A DNA stretch of 32,142 bases from Jimgerdemannia flammicorona (Eukaryota): assembly GCA_003990765.1 (NCBI GenBank), contig RBNJ01000364.1:1-32142 (forward strand). Reading direction: 5' to 3'. Of the stretch, positions 12,118 through 23,930 are shown one piece after another; position 1 is the first letter of the stretch, and each line of letters opens with the position of its first letter. Below the pieces are notes generated by a model. It did no database searches. It had not been told where the DNA came from and saw nothing but the letters and a program-made list of their open reading frames with translations. Made by a program: the position numbers and the translations under genes.

Positions 12118-13398
12118 ATTGTACTGAAATTAGTAGAGGGCTCTTGGAGTGAGAAAAGAAAGTTATTAATATTATCTTTCAGTAAAATAAGTGGGTCATC
12201 ATTATTCTTTAAATTGTTTTGGAAGGTAATATTATTGTTGATAATGTTATCAAAGAGCATATGGTTATTCTGCTCTTGAGGTCTTCAGTCAATAGTGATG
12301 TAATCTATAAAGTAGAGAATATTGTGAAATTCTAAAGAAAGCAGACTCTCAAGAAAGGGCCTTGAAATAGTGCAATTAAACAATGGATGAATTGGTCTGG
12401 ATTGGCCTCTAGAATAGGGGTTCAAAGGTCTTAAACCTCATCACTCTTGACTGTGATGGTGGATTGGGCTTCTTCTGCAAATATTTCTTTAAGGTAATCT
12501 ATATAGCAGCTTGTTAGTTCTTAAATGTCAAAGACTTTGATATATTCCAGGTTAGGAATAGTCTAGAGTATATCTGATATACTCTTTTGACCAATTTCTA
12601 TTTATATCTATCTACATAAGTAGTATCTGCAATTTCTTAAGAGCTGGTTTATGAGAATTCTTAATAGAGATAATGTCTCTTCTCATATTTTACTACATCT
12701 AAAGATACTTAGTAGTAGTAATTCTTGTCTCCATTTCATAGTGGTTGAGAGTATAGTAGTAGTGATCTCTTGTATAGAGGTTAAGTCTTAGAGTCCTTCG
12801 TATATATAACCTTATAGTCTTTTTAATATTAGTAAATATTTTTTCTTGAACTGAAAGGCCTAGATGACTTCTTGATCTTATTGTTTGATAGATAACAGGT
12901 ATTTTATTTTGTAGAAAGTCTCTTATTTGATACTTTGTACTTTTCTTTTTATTACTTCTTTTATATCTTGAGAGTTTTCTTTTTTGGCTTAAAGAGTAGA
13001 GTTATCTAATTTAAGATAGTATGCTACTAGAGTTATCATAAGTCATTATGAGTTTGGATGCAGATCATCTTATAATCAAGATAAGTTATAGTTGAGTTAT
13101 AATTTGTAACTGGTGACTTACAAAGTGTGAACAGTCTTTTGAATTCTGATATCACTAGTTTTAAAGATATTATTACATCTATCTCTTGCAAAATTAGAGT
13201 CATCCTCAGTAGTGATAGTTATATAAGAATAGTATGTCTTAATTTCTTTATTGAATAAACTGAGAACTTGCTATCCTTGTCTAGAACAAGGGCTCTCATT
13301 ATTATGACTGGGGGTTTGAATCTCTTAGAAATAGATTTTTCTATAATCTGAGACAATTTCTAATATCAATATCTATTATATAAATAAGCTTAAGAATG

Positions 13399-13415
13399 AG
13401 TCTGGCATTTTCAGC
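13399..13415 (+). repeat. Left target-site duplication of LINE copy 2
   Basis: AGTCTGGCATTTTCAGC versus AGTCTGGCATTTTTGGC at 18919-18935: 13 bp exact, 15/17 overall. Confidence 0.9.
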
Positions 13416-13500
13416 ATCTTTCTCTAGTAACATTCAGGTTACACAATTTTTTGGCAGTACTCACAATACTGTTTTTGGAAAAAAAAAAGTGACCAGCAAT

Positions 13501-15165
13501 ATAGTGACTAATGTATATTCTAAGGTGCATACTAGGTAGGGTACCCTAGTGCATTTGACTGGCAGCATGTGGGGAGGAGCCCTGGCTTGGGGGGAAGCAT
13601 GAGAGGTCTGCTGGTGAGAGAACATATATAGAGAGGGAGTAGGGTTGGAGGGCAGGGGACAGAGAGGGCAAGTTTCATAGATATAGTGAGGAGGAGACAG
13701 CTGGCATCTGGGCTGGAGAGCTGGCTGAGAAAGGGCAAGGAGATGATGAAGGTAGCAGGGTATGAGAGAGCAGTCCTTGGTGGTAGGGGCAGTGTGGCTG
13801 GGGGTATAGTGACTGGAGTGAGTGTGATTGCTGATAGTAATAAGACTGCCAATCTGGAAAAACATCCAGATGTGACTGCTGATAGCAGGGCTGAGAGGAT
13901 AGGGCTTGGATAGATGGGGGACCTGGCAGATAGTGTGATGGGCCTGATGGTGGTACTATTACTCAAGAAGTTGATCTCCAAATTTGTAGTTACTTTGTAC
14001 TTTCAGGGCTTAGCAGTAATAGTGAAGATGATATTGAGACTAATTGCTAAGCAGATGGCTGAAGCAGTGTCCATGAAGTTCCTGAAGAGATTGGAAGGAG
14101 TAGAGGTAGGTTTTGAGAAGGCAGAGCCATTGGAGGAAGCACTGAAGGCTGGGCTGATAGTTGGGGAGATGTGTATTCCAATAGCACACTACTTAAAGTG
14201 GGACTCCCAGGTGATATAGCTGCTGGTGAAAGGGTGTCCATGGTGACCACTGTGAAGATGAGAAGGAGAGTCAAGAAAGTTATGACTGAGTATGGAGAGG
14301 TGGTTGATATTGGGTTCTGGGTCTAGGAGGGGACTATATTCTAAACTAGAGATATGGATATTAAGATTCAGTTAGCAGAGAAGGAAGCTACTGAGAAAGC
14401 TAGGGACTGGCCTTCAGTAATGGTTTTGGGGGCTTTCTTATGCAAGGTGATGAGGGTGAAGAGGAGTGAGGAGGAGGAAGAGGATTTGTTAGAGATACTG
14501 GAGAAGCTGAGTGGTATAGTGAAGTGGAGAGCAAAGGCTTGGAAGGCATATGTGAAGTTGACACATTTGGAGGTTGTAGATGGGAAGAGGACCCACATAG
14601 ATAAGGGGCTGTAGGAAAGGTCCCAAGGATGAACTGGTGGATGTCCAAGAGGAGGAGTGGGATGAGACTGCAAGTACAGGAGCTAATACCTTGATGCTGG
14701 ATGGAGGAAGGCCAGCGACTCCAGGTGGGAAGGAGGTGGGAAACCTACTGTGGATGTGCAAGATGATGAACAACATTGTGGTAGAGGAGTTGGGAGAGAT
14801 AGACCTGCAAGTGATGAGTGAAGAGCATTGGGCACAGATCCTACATAGTGATGGAGTGGTGGAGGCACTGAAGGCAGAGGTTCTTACAGTTTTCCTGAAG
14901 GAGGAAGGGTATGAGGTTGATAAGGAGAGAGAGGCTGAGCTGGTGGTTGCTGCTGGTGAGTGGGCTACCTTCTGTTGGGTAGAGCATTATGGGTTGTAGC
15001 TCTGGCAGAAGGCCTGCCTGAAGTATTATGAGGATTTCGAGAAGAAGGAGGATGGGAAGCTTGCTAAACTACTGGTTAGATTGAAGGCCAAGAGGATTGA
15101 AGAGGAGGCAGTGGCTACTGAACATGATCTGGACTTAGTTCAGGAGGTGATAAATATGGAGCAGT
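13501..15165 (+). pseudogene. LINE copy 2 ORF1
   Basis: Fragments 13686-13913, 13914-14219, 14354-14614 and 14637-14999 align with copy 1 ORF1. Boundaries are approximate. Confidence 0.8.
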
Positions 15166-15198
15166 AGAGGATACACTTACCATTTCACAATATTCCTT

Positions 15199-18100
15199 AT
15201 AAACAGTACAACTAACATTTTTTTTAAATGTGAATAGATTATGTAGTTCATTTCAACATTGGAACATTTTTGCTTAGCTAAAGAGATTGGAGGCCAATCT
15301 CTTTCTTTTACAGGATATCAGATGTAAGGATGATTTGGATAAACTGGAATGGACAAGTAAATAGAGAGGTGAGGCAGTTTAGAAGAGCAAGGTTGGGATT
15401 CTGGTTTGGAGAGACAGAGGAGAGGTATGAGATGTGAGAAGCTGGAGTGATAGACTGGTTTGGGGAGAGTGGATTCATACAGGCTGGGAGCCAGTTACAG
15501 TGGGATCCTGCTACTACTCTGCTGTGTAGAGTGAGTATATCAATTGGGTGAAGGGGTTCCAGAAGAGGGGAGCTCTTGTAGAGGCTGGAGCGGATGTGCT
15601 TGACAGGGACTTTAATATGGTCAGAGATGTGCTGATGGATAGAACTGACAGAGGGCAGGGGGCTGAGGGTAGAAGTGGAGGTCTGGAGATATGAGAGAAA
15701 GTGGAGAGGCTGAGTGCTCTAATAGATGATGGCAGGAGATTCTGGGGTGACAGGATGGTATACATACACTAGGTGAGTGGCCTGGGAACAAGGATTGACT
15801 GAATTTTGATGGCAGACTGCTGGGGCTTGGATGTTTGGAGGTCACTGGAGGCTAAATGGTGTCTATGATATGATTATTGGGGATTGCTGGGCCAGAGGAA
15901 TTTTGGGGGGAGTGGGGATGGATCTGAACATTGGTGCCTCAACTCCTCTTTGTTAGATAATAAGATGCTGTGGAACAAGTGGGCTGAGGACATTTAGCAG
16001 AGAGTGAAGAGGTAGATACAGAAAGGTGCCCCAGTTGGAGTTAGGTGAAGGAGGTTGAAGGAGGCTGCTAGGGTCTATTGGGAGAAGGCTGGCAAGGTGG
16101 TCAGTAGCCAGAGAAGGAAGAGGATGAAGTGGGCTTCTGTTAAATGGGTGAGGCTTCTGGAAGATTGGGCAGATCTGTTGGCCCTGGAGGGGGTGGAGGA
16201 TTGGAGATTACTACAGGTGAAAAAGGAGATTATTGAGTTGCAACAGGGGTTGTGGGAGGAAGAGGAAGCACAGGTGCAGAGTTTGGCAGTGTGGCTATGT
16301 TGGCAGGAGCTGGAGGAAGGGGAGAGGCCCTCCAAGTTTCACATGAGGGCTCTTTAGGTAAGAAGAGTACAGCAGAGGTGGGAAGGGGTTCTTGATTCTG
16401 AGGGACTATTGGTACATGATATACAAAATATTCTTAAATTGTTAAAGAAGAGGTGGAGTGGTTTATGGAGTAAGAAGGAGGGTGGGGCTGATGCTGCTAC
16501 CATTAATAATACTTTGAAGAATTGGCACCAATCACAGGTAAAAGGGCTGGGCAGTCTGGTGTTACTGGTACAGGAGGAGGAGATTTGTCAGGTTCTTACT
16601 GTAACTATACTGGGCACAGCATCAGGGGAGGATGGCCTGCTCTGGGATTTTTGAAGGAAGATGGTGGGTGTCCCCAATATACTGGGAGAGCTGATGGCAC
16701 TTTGTAACTTAGTACTATAGTCTGGGAGATGGGTGGGTGAGCAGGATCTGGGACTGGTGATACTGCTTTATAAGAACAAGGGCAGGAGAGAGGACTGGAA
16801 GAACTGAAGGCTGATCATGCTACTGGACATGGACAGAAAGTCAGTTACTAAGGTGACAGTAGCAAGGCTCAAGAAGGGGGTCCAATAGGTCCTGGGGAAG
16901 GAGCAGCAGGGCTTTGTGGAGGGCAAGCTCATTAGGGATAGTACAGCTTGAGTACATAGTGTTATTGAAGAGACACAAGACTGTAGACTGGATGAGTACC
17001 TGGTCTTTCTGGATCAGGAAAAAGTGTACAATCATGTTCAGCAAGTTTGGATGACAAAGGTACTGAATTGGATTGATATCTCTCAGCAGTTCTGAGTGGT
17101 AATAGTCAGTCTACTGAAGGGGAGTAGAGCAGTGCTCATGTGTAATGGGCATTAAGAGGTGACTTCTCTGGATAAGGGTGTTCCCCAGGGGGACCCACTG
17201 TCTCCCATCCTATATACTCTCTCCTTGGAGCCTTTGATGGATAGGATTCAGTAGAGAATAGTAGGGCTTTCAATATTTTGCATTGGGTGGAAAGTTAGTA
17301 TCTTTGCAAATAATATAGTGGTTGGCCTGGGTTCGATCACTGATATTGAGAAACTCAAGAAGACTATGGAGTAGTATGAGGCACACTCTAGGGCTAAACT
17401 CAATTAGCATAAGTGTGAAACAATAGTGTTGGGTAATGGCCTGGTGGGGGGGGATATCATCAGAACAATTATCCCTGCTAGAGAGGTGGTGAGGTACTTA
17501 GGTATCTATCTCTTGGCATATGGATCAGTCCTACTGAGACTCTGGTAGAAGCAGTGGATTTCAATCTGGGGAGAGGTCTTGCAGAGTTAGAGAGACTGTC
17601 ACTTGTCTCTGGCAGGGTGTGTTTCAATTTTGAATGTTTACTGGCTGCTGAAGTTGAAGTATTTGACTTATCATATGGACTTTTCAGCCTGGATAGTGAA
17701 GAGATAGATGAAATTGGCCAAGGGATAGATCTGGGCCAGGAGGTGGTATCAGATTAGCTGGGAAATCTTGTCTTTGCCAGTAGATAGAGGGGGACTTGGA
17801 CTGGTTGACTTTCCAAAGAGGTTGCACTGTCTGAGAACATAGTGGCTAAAGAGAGCTGTGAAGCTGTGAGGCAGTAGCTAGATTCCCCTGATGAAGAAGG
17901 TGTGAGAGATAAAGTCCTCACCAAGAGACTCTACAGGAGATCTACTGTTCTTGGTAGAGCTTCAGAATAATGAGTATATGTGGTTTAAGGGCTTCTGGTG
18001 GAGAGTAGTGGATGGGGTATACTGAATTGGGATTTATTACCAGAAAGATGAAGGAGAGCTATCTTGGGACCCAATAATGTGAAGATGGGATCAAGTGTAG

Positions 18101-18846
18101 CTAGGGGGTGTCCCTCTAGATGACTTCAATATTAGTAATGGGGTCAAGTGCCAGAAGGGGTTAGGGCAGGACCTGTGGCTTGGCAGGTAGTAGTTGGCAG
18201 GTATTGAAGAAGAGTGAGACCAAAATAGAGTCTGGGCCTAGAGTTCTGAGGTTAGACAGTGGCTACTACTGAAGTATTGAGTGGTCTGGTGGTACATATA
18301 TGTTGAGGAGGAATATTATGCTAAACTTTCACCCAGGCTACCTTGTTGAGGGGGGAAACTTTGCTATGAGGAGTGCTACAATATTGGTCAGGAAGAGGGT
18401 TTTGTGTAGATATCAGAACATTGGCTAGGAGAGTGCAAGGTACTTAGCAACTTCGAGATAGCAGTTGGGAAATAATTGGATATTGTACATAGGTGGGATG
18501 GTGTGAGGGGTCAGTGGGAGGATTTGCAGGATAGATTAGTAGGGGGGATTGGGAAGGAGTGGCTTACTTTAGGTTGGATACTAGCTGTATGGTTGGGGTT
18601 AGCAGGTCATTGGTTGTTTGTTTTTAAGGAAGAGAGGTGTCTGAGCTTAGGGGTGCAGCTGCTGTGATGAGAAGGGTTGATAGAGGACACTCTGAAGGGC
18701 TGATAGCTTGGTTGGGGTCTCCAGAGTGGTTGGCAGCATTGTTTGGTGGAGAAAATCTGTGGTAGTAGGTGATAGGGTGATTTTCAAGTGTGAAGAAGTG
18801 GGGGAGAGTTCCCCTATGGGGATTGAGTAGTGGGAGGAGATGATGT
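15199..18846 (+). pseudogene. LINE copy 2 ORF2 (APE, RT, CCHC)
   Basis: Begins ATA AAC AGT ACA ACT (copy 1 MNSTT with ATG>ATA). Motifs LLQDIR, DFNMV, WCLNSSLL, EGERPSKF, FLDQEK, GVPQGDPLSPILY, FANN (from FADD), EHWLGEC. Confidence 0.9.
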
Positions 18847-18893
18847 AATTATATCTATAGACTGGTAATAAATGGTAGAGTCAATGTGACTAT

Positions 18894-18918
<25 letters not shown>

Positions 18919-18925
<7 letters not shown>

Positions 18926-18935
18926 CATTTTTGGC
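18919..18935 (+). repeat. Right target-site duplication of LINE copy 2
   Basis: Directly follows the poly(A); matches 13399-13415. Confidence 0.9.
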
Positions 18936-19005
18936 TTCTTGAGTTTCAAAGGAAGTATCTGTTATTTTTCAAAAAAGATGATACAGATAGAGTGAATAGA
19001 GTTGT

Positions 19006-21640
19006 TCAAATGTGTTTTACTTCTACTGAGTAGTAAGATCTTATGTAGTTGTAGTATATCTTAGTCTTGAGTACAACTCTATCCAGAGTCTTGAGTTGGT
19101 AGGTGTGGTTTATAAACTCCTGATATATGAGATAGGATTAGTTCAAGTTTTATACTCCAGTTTCCTTCTATGATAGTATAGTATACTAAGACTTATTATC
19201 TAATAAGTAGAGGTTCAAGTTAGCTTTGCAATCATAATACTTCTGTTGTCATTCTTATACCTTAGAAATAAATTCTCAATCTTATTAACATACTTCATAT
19301 AACTGAGTGATCTCTTCAGTAACTTATTTGCCAAATCTAGCTTGATTGGTTTAGTGAAGTCTTATACTTCTCAGCTATATATAAAATAGAAAGGGGTCTG
19401 TTGGGTAGTGGTCACCTTTGAAGTATAGATACTGAATAGAATTACTGAAAGATAAATATCTCAGTTTAATTAATTTTTAGTTTTACTGAGATCTCACTTG
19501 ATGGTCTGGTTTATTCATTTGATAAGTCTATTCAGTTATAGATAATAAGCTGTTTTCAGTTACAGTTTGATCATAAAGTTGTCTACAAAGGTCTTCATAG
19601 TTTTATTAATAAATTCTCAGTCTTAGTCTCTAATAATTTTCCTGGGAATACTATGGTGGCTGGAAATTTTATCATACAGAATTCTATTGCTTATTTGAGT
19701 ATCAGTACTCTCAATAGCAAAGACTTTAGGTCATTTTGTCAGATAATCTTCTATAGTGAGGATATAGAATCTTTATTAGCTAGTTACTAGTAGAGAACTA
19801 ATAATATCTATTTCTAGTCTTTGAAAGGCTCTAGATAGTGATATAATTAGCATTAGTAATACTTTATCAGTTGGTTTCTATCAGTATCTTTGGCAGATAT
19901 TATATTGTTAAATATGTATCTAAATTTGTTTCCTCATTTTTGGCTATTAGTATCTCTTCTTGATTCTTGCAATAGTGACTTTAATTCCTCAGTATATATT
20001 CTGACCATGGTTTGTTATGAGTATCTTTAGTATTTTATCTTCTTGTAAAACTTAGATATATCAATCGCCATCTACTCTCTAAAGTTCACCATCATTTTTT
20101 TGAAATTTCTTAAAATTTCTTTATATAAACAGCTTGTTAGCTGGTTGAATTTCCTTTTGGAAGCTCCTATAGTATAGGCTTTAAGTGAGAGTGAGGTGCA
20201 ATTCTTGGTTTATTTGAGTAAGTAAGAAGCAGTCTTCTGTTATAGAGGCTCCTACCCTTCTCATTAAGTTTATAGAATCCTTAACAGAGTATCAATATTG
20301 GAATTCTTAATATATTTCTTATAGATAATAGTAAACTAATATTCTTGCAGAGATATGATTTATCTGGTAAAGATTTCTGAGAGCTCTGATTTGTTGAACA
20401 ACTATTATAGAGCTTAGTGATCAGTAATAAGAATAAATCTCTTTCTCAAGAGATGGTGTCTAATGTGATCTATAGCCTATACTATAATAAGATATTCTAG
20501 CTTAGTGGCTCCCTAGTTTGCTTATATCTCATTAATGACCTTGCTAGTATACTCAATGACATATTTCTTCTTCTGGTCATTTTGTTGATCTAAGTCCAAG
20601 AGCAGGGACATCTGTTACCAAGATAAATAGTTTGTCAAAATATAGTTATACTAAAATAGAAGCTTTGGTAAGGGTCTTCTTGAGTAGGTCAAATGACTTC
20701 TATTATTCTTCCCTTCAGTAGAATAGTTGGTCTTTCTTAGAGATGTTATATAGTAGAGCTATCTTAGCTGAAAATCCTAGAATAAATTACTGATAGTAAG
20801 ATACTAATATGAGAAAAGATAGGATATTCTTTCCAGAGATAAGAGTTGGATAATTCTTAACTTTCTCTATCTTGTATAGGTTAGTATAAGTTCCTTGGGC
20901 TGAAATTATATATATATCTCAGATATTTGACTTAGTGTTTTCCAAAGAAGTATTTCTTAATATTAAGTCTAAGTTCTGAGTTTCAGATAGTATCAAATAC
21001 TTTATAGAGATCTTGTAGATATTGTTCAAATGTCTTAGAGTAGATAATCATATCATCTATGTATATCAGCACATTTATTCCAATAAGGTCTCAGTAGATA
21101 TAGTTTATTATTTTCTTGAATAAGGCTAGTACATTATCTAATCCAAATAGTTTCCAGAGATATTTATATTATTCTCATCTGATAATAAAGGCTGTCTTGC
21201 AGATATTATTCTTAGTAATGAGTATTACTTGAAATTCTTGAAACTGATCAGTGGTATTCATATACTTGCCTTTTCTAAGAGTATTGAGAAGGTCATCAAT
21301 TCTTAGCAGTGGGTAGATATCTTCTATAGTGACTTTATTAAGTTTTCTAAAGTTTACAACTATTTTCCATTCTTCTTTCTTTGGTACTATGATTGCTTGT
21401 GAAGTCCAGGGGCTTGATGAGGGTCTAATGACTCTATTTCATAATATTTCATCTATGTATTATTGTTCAAACTCAATTAAGTAGTATAGTATTCAGTAGG
21501 AGTATTGTTGGATTGGTTTGATATCTTTTATATATATGGTATATTCTATATATTGATATGGTAGAAAGTTATTATATATAGTAATAATATATCTTTATAT
21601 TCTTCGATCAACTTCTGTAACTATTATTACTGATTCTTAG
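19006..21640 (-). pseudogene. pol: Gypsy B RT, RNase H and integrase
   Basis: IRPSSSPWTS, DIYPLLRIDDLL, VLIYIDDMIIYS, ITDH*AL, a degenerate HHCC (RY**PKM...YNICQR), FQRLEIDII, and a GPY/F-type tail (HTYQLKTLD) ending in TGA at 19008-19006. Confidence 0.92.
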
Positions 21641-22080
21641 TCAGAGTTGTCTCAATGTCAACAGCTTTGATTGCCAAGTCTTCCTCTCTAATATCATTAG
21701 TCTCACTAGAGAGAACTTGCTCTTTTCCAAAAATTCAAAAACTTCTTCCTTATAGGTATCTATCATGGTTTGAAATATCTCAATATTATATCACTAGAAA
21801 TTATTATCACTTTGAAGCCCAGGTTTTAGATAGAAATATAGATTGGTAACATCAGATTATAGATTTATTCTTCAGCTAGGATGATTTTCAGAGTTCTATT
21901 GATAGATCAAATATCAGATTGTTGGTATCTACAAATAGGTATATATCAAGGCTTCTTTGTTGATATGTTGAAGAGAATATCTTCTCTTACTCAGATAGAG
22001 TAGCAGATATGTAGTTTTATTTATCATAACTGAGCTACTATTGCTAAGTAGACTTCAATGAGTGATTTTTGAGAAGTTCT

Positions 22081-22476
22081 ATTGGTACTTCCAAAACCAC
22101 CTTATTCTCTCTTAGTACTGTCTAGTTGATTCACCTCTTGAATAGTAAGCTATAATATCTTAATAAATAGAATTTGACAGATGACTTCAAAGTAGTTAAA
22201 GACTTAGTAGTTTCTACTATTATTGTGAATAATAACCTTTGGAGGACCTCAATAATCCTGATCAATAATCCCTCCTTCCTTTGACTGCTAGAGATAATTT
22301 TGATATTAGTTGTTTATAATATTCAAGTAGTATAGTGTGTAATTTGAAGATCAAAATTCCTAGTGATCCTAGGATAGAGTATTACCTAATAGAGAAGACA
22401 GAGGTCATATTTTACTGATCCTTCTGTTTGTACAAGAGGAGGTTATGCCCAAGATGATAGCAGTTTGACTTCAATA
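22081..22476 (-). pseudogene. dut: dUTPase domain of element B (between protease spacer and RT)
   Basis: VKLLSSWA*PP..TEGSVKYDL (motif I, AGYDL), GIIDQDY*G (motif III, G-x-ID-x-DYRG), ICQILF (motif IV), KRE*GGFGST (motif V). Confidence 0.88.
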
Positions 22477-23559
22477 ACTAGCTAGATCTTGAGGAATGTT
22501 ATCTCAGTAGTTATTATTATAAGTGAGAACTCCATCCTTTCTGGCTTAAAGAATAGTTAATGTACTCTAATCTTTAGATTTCTTGTACAGTTGAATCTAG
22601 TTTTTTTAAGTAGATCTAAGGCTTTTATAAAAGTGAAAGTAAGGTTGACTCCTTGTTTATCTTTAGTGTGGCCAGTAATACTAATAAATGATAGTAAGAA
22701 TTTCTAATGGTAGATCCTAGATAGAGGTCTTGTTCTTGACTTTACAGTTTCCTTTATGGTTGAAATCTTTGTATTTCCAAAAGGCCCAGTAAATTTGAGG
22801 TTCTATAAGATGGGATCCTTCCTCTTAACTTAGCTCTTATAGATAACTTCACTGAGGTAGATACTTCAATATTCATATCAGTAACAGGTAAAGGTCTTTC
22901 CACAATCACAGTATCCTTGCTTGATGAATTCCTCATTCTGCTGTTTGATTTCCTTAATTATTAGATATCTTTTTCAATATTTGTTATATATAGGTAGAGT
23001 GATCTAGAGGGTTCAGATAATGGTATAGATACTGTTGTTATTATCTTTAATTGTGAGGGTCTCCAAAGGTTAGTAAGAGAGGATCTTCTATTCTTTATTA
23101 TAGATCTTCTTGAAAAATTTTGAAATAGATGGTAGTATTCATCTGAGGACCAAAACTCATTTTAACTTTAATTGCTAGCATTGGAATCTTTTTGAGATCA
23201 AGGATTTGGTAGTTGCTACAATTATTCCTTGGTGAGTAGAAATAGTTATAGTATTTATACATATTTAAGTGAAAGGCTCACATAATTCAATTTTCTTTCA
23301 GAGGTAGAGATGGTGATATAGATGGTCTTACAAATTTGAGTACTACTTCTTTACTAATAGTCAATCAATACTTGCTTCTAGACTTTCAGTATTAATAACT
23401 TCAATAAAAAGGTTTTTTTGACTACTGTCAAGATCTTAGAGATATCAAAATCACTTTCTAGTTCTTGCAGAAAATTTACTTCACTTTTATCCTCTATAAT
23501 AGTGAGTATATCTCTATATTCTTATCATTCTGTCTTGGAGGCCTAACTTGCTCTCTTTG

Positions 23560-23930
23560 ATCCTTTTGACTCAATTAGTATCTTGTGCTTTTGTCTATAA
23601 AAGGTGAAGACCAGGAGTTATTTTTTGATATCTATATTAGCTCCAACTTAGTATAATCAGTTAGTTTCCAAAATCAGATCAGAGGAGGTTACCAGAATTA
23701 TTACAGCTTAAGGTATATTGAGGCAAACCTTTTTACCTTAAATAGATATATCTCTAACTAGTCCAAGAGAGGTAGATACTAATTCATCTGCTATGATAAC
23801 TCTTACTTTGGTTCCTTTATCAATTGCTTACTCAATCATTTCTAGTATTTACTAAATAATAATGCAAACTACTGCTTCAGTATCAATAAGGATTCTGATA
23901 TTTTCACTATGTATCTTTCTATTAACTAAT
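23560..23930 (-). pseudogene. Aspartic protease of element B
   Basis: ILIDTEAVVCII (from ILIDTGAAxCII, as in element D) and a downstream DLILETN* (DLILGTNW-like). Confidence 0.85.

Larger units (their letters stand above)
13416..18919 (+). mobile_element. Full-length L1/Tx1-like LINE (copy 2), about 5.5 kb, degenerate
   Basis: Collinear with copy 1. AATAAA at 18867-18872, 26-nt poly(A) at 18894-18919, flanking TSD. Confidence 0.95.

Noticed and set aside
11994..12279. ORFs 11994-12260 (-) and 12043-12279 (+) as genes
   Set aside because: Both cross the solo-LTR boundary at 12117, so they are chimeric frames.
13461..17044. Minus-strand ORFs within LINE copy 2
   Set aside because: Antisense shadows of ORF1 and ORF2.
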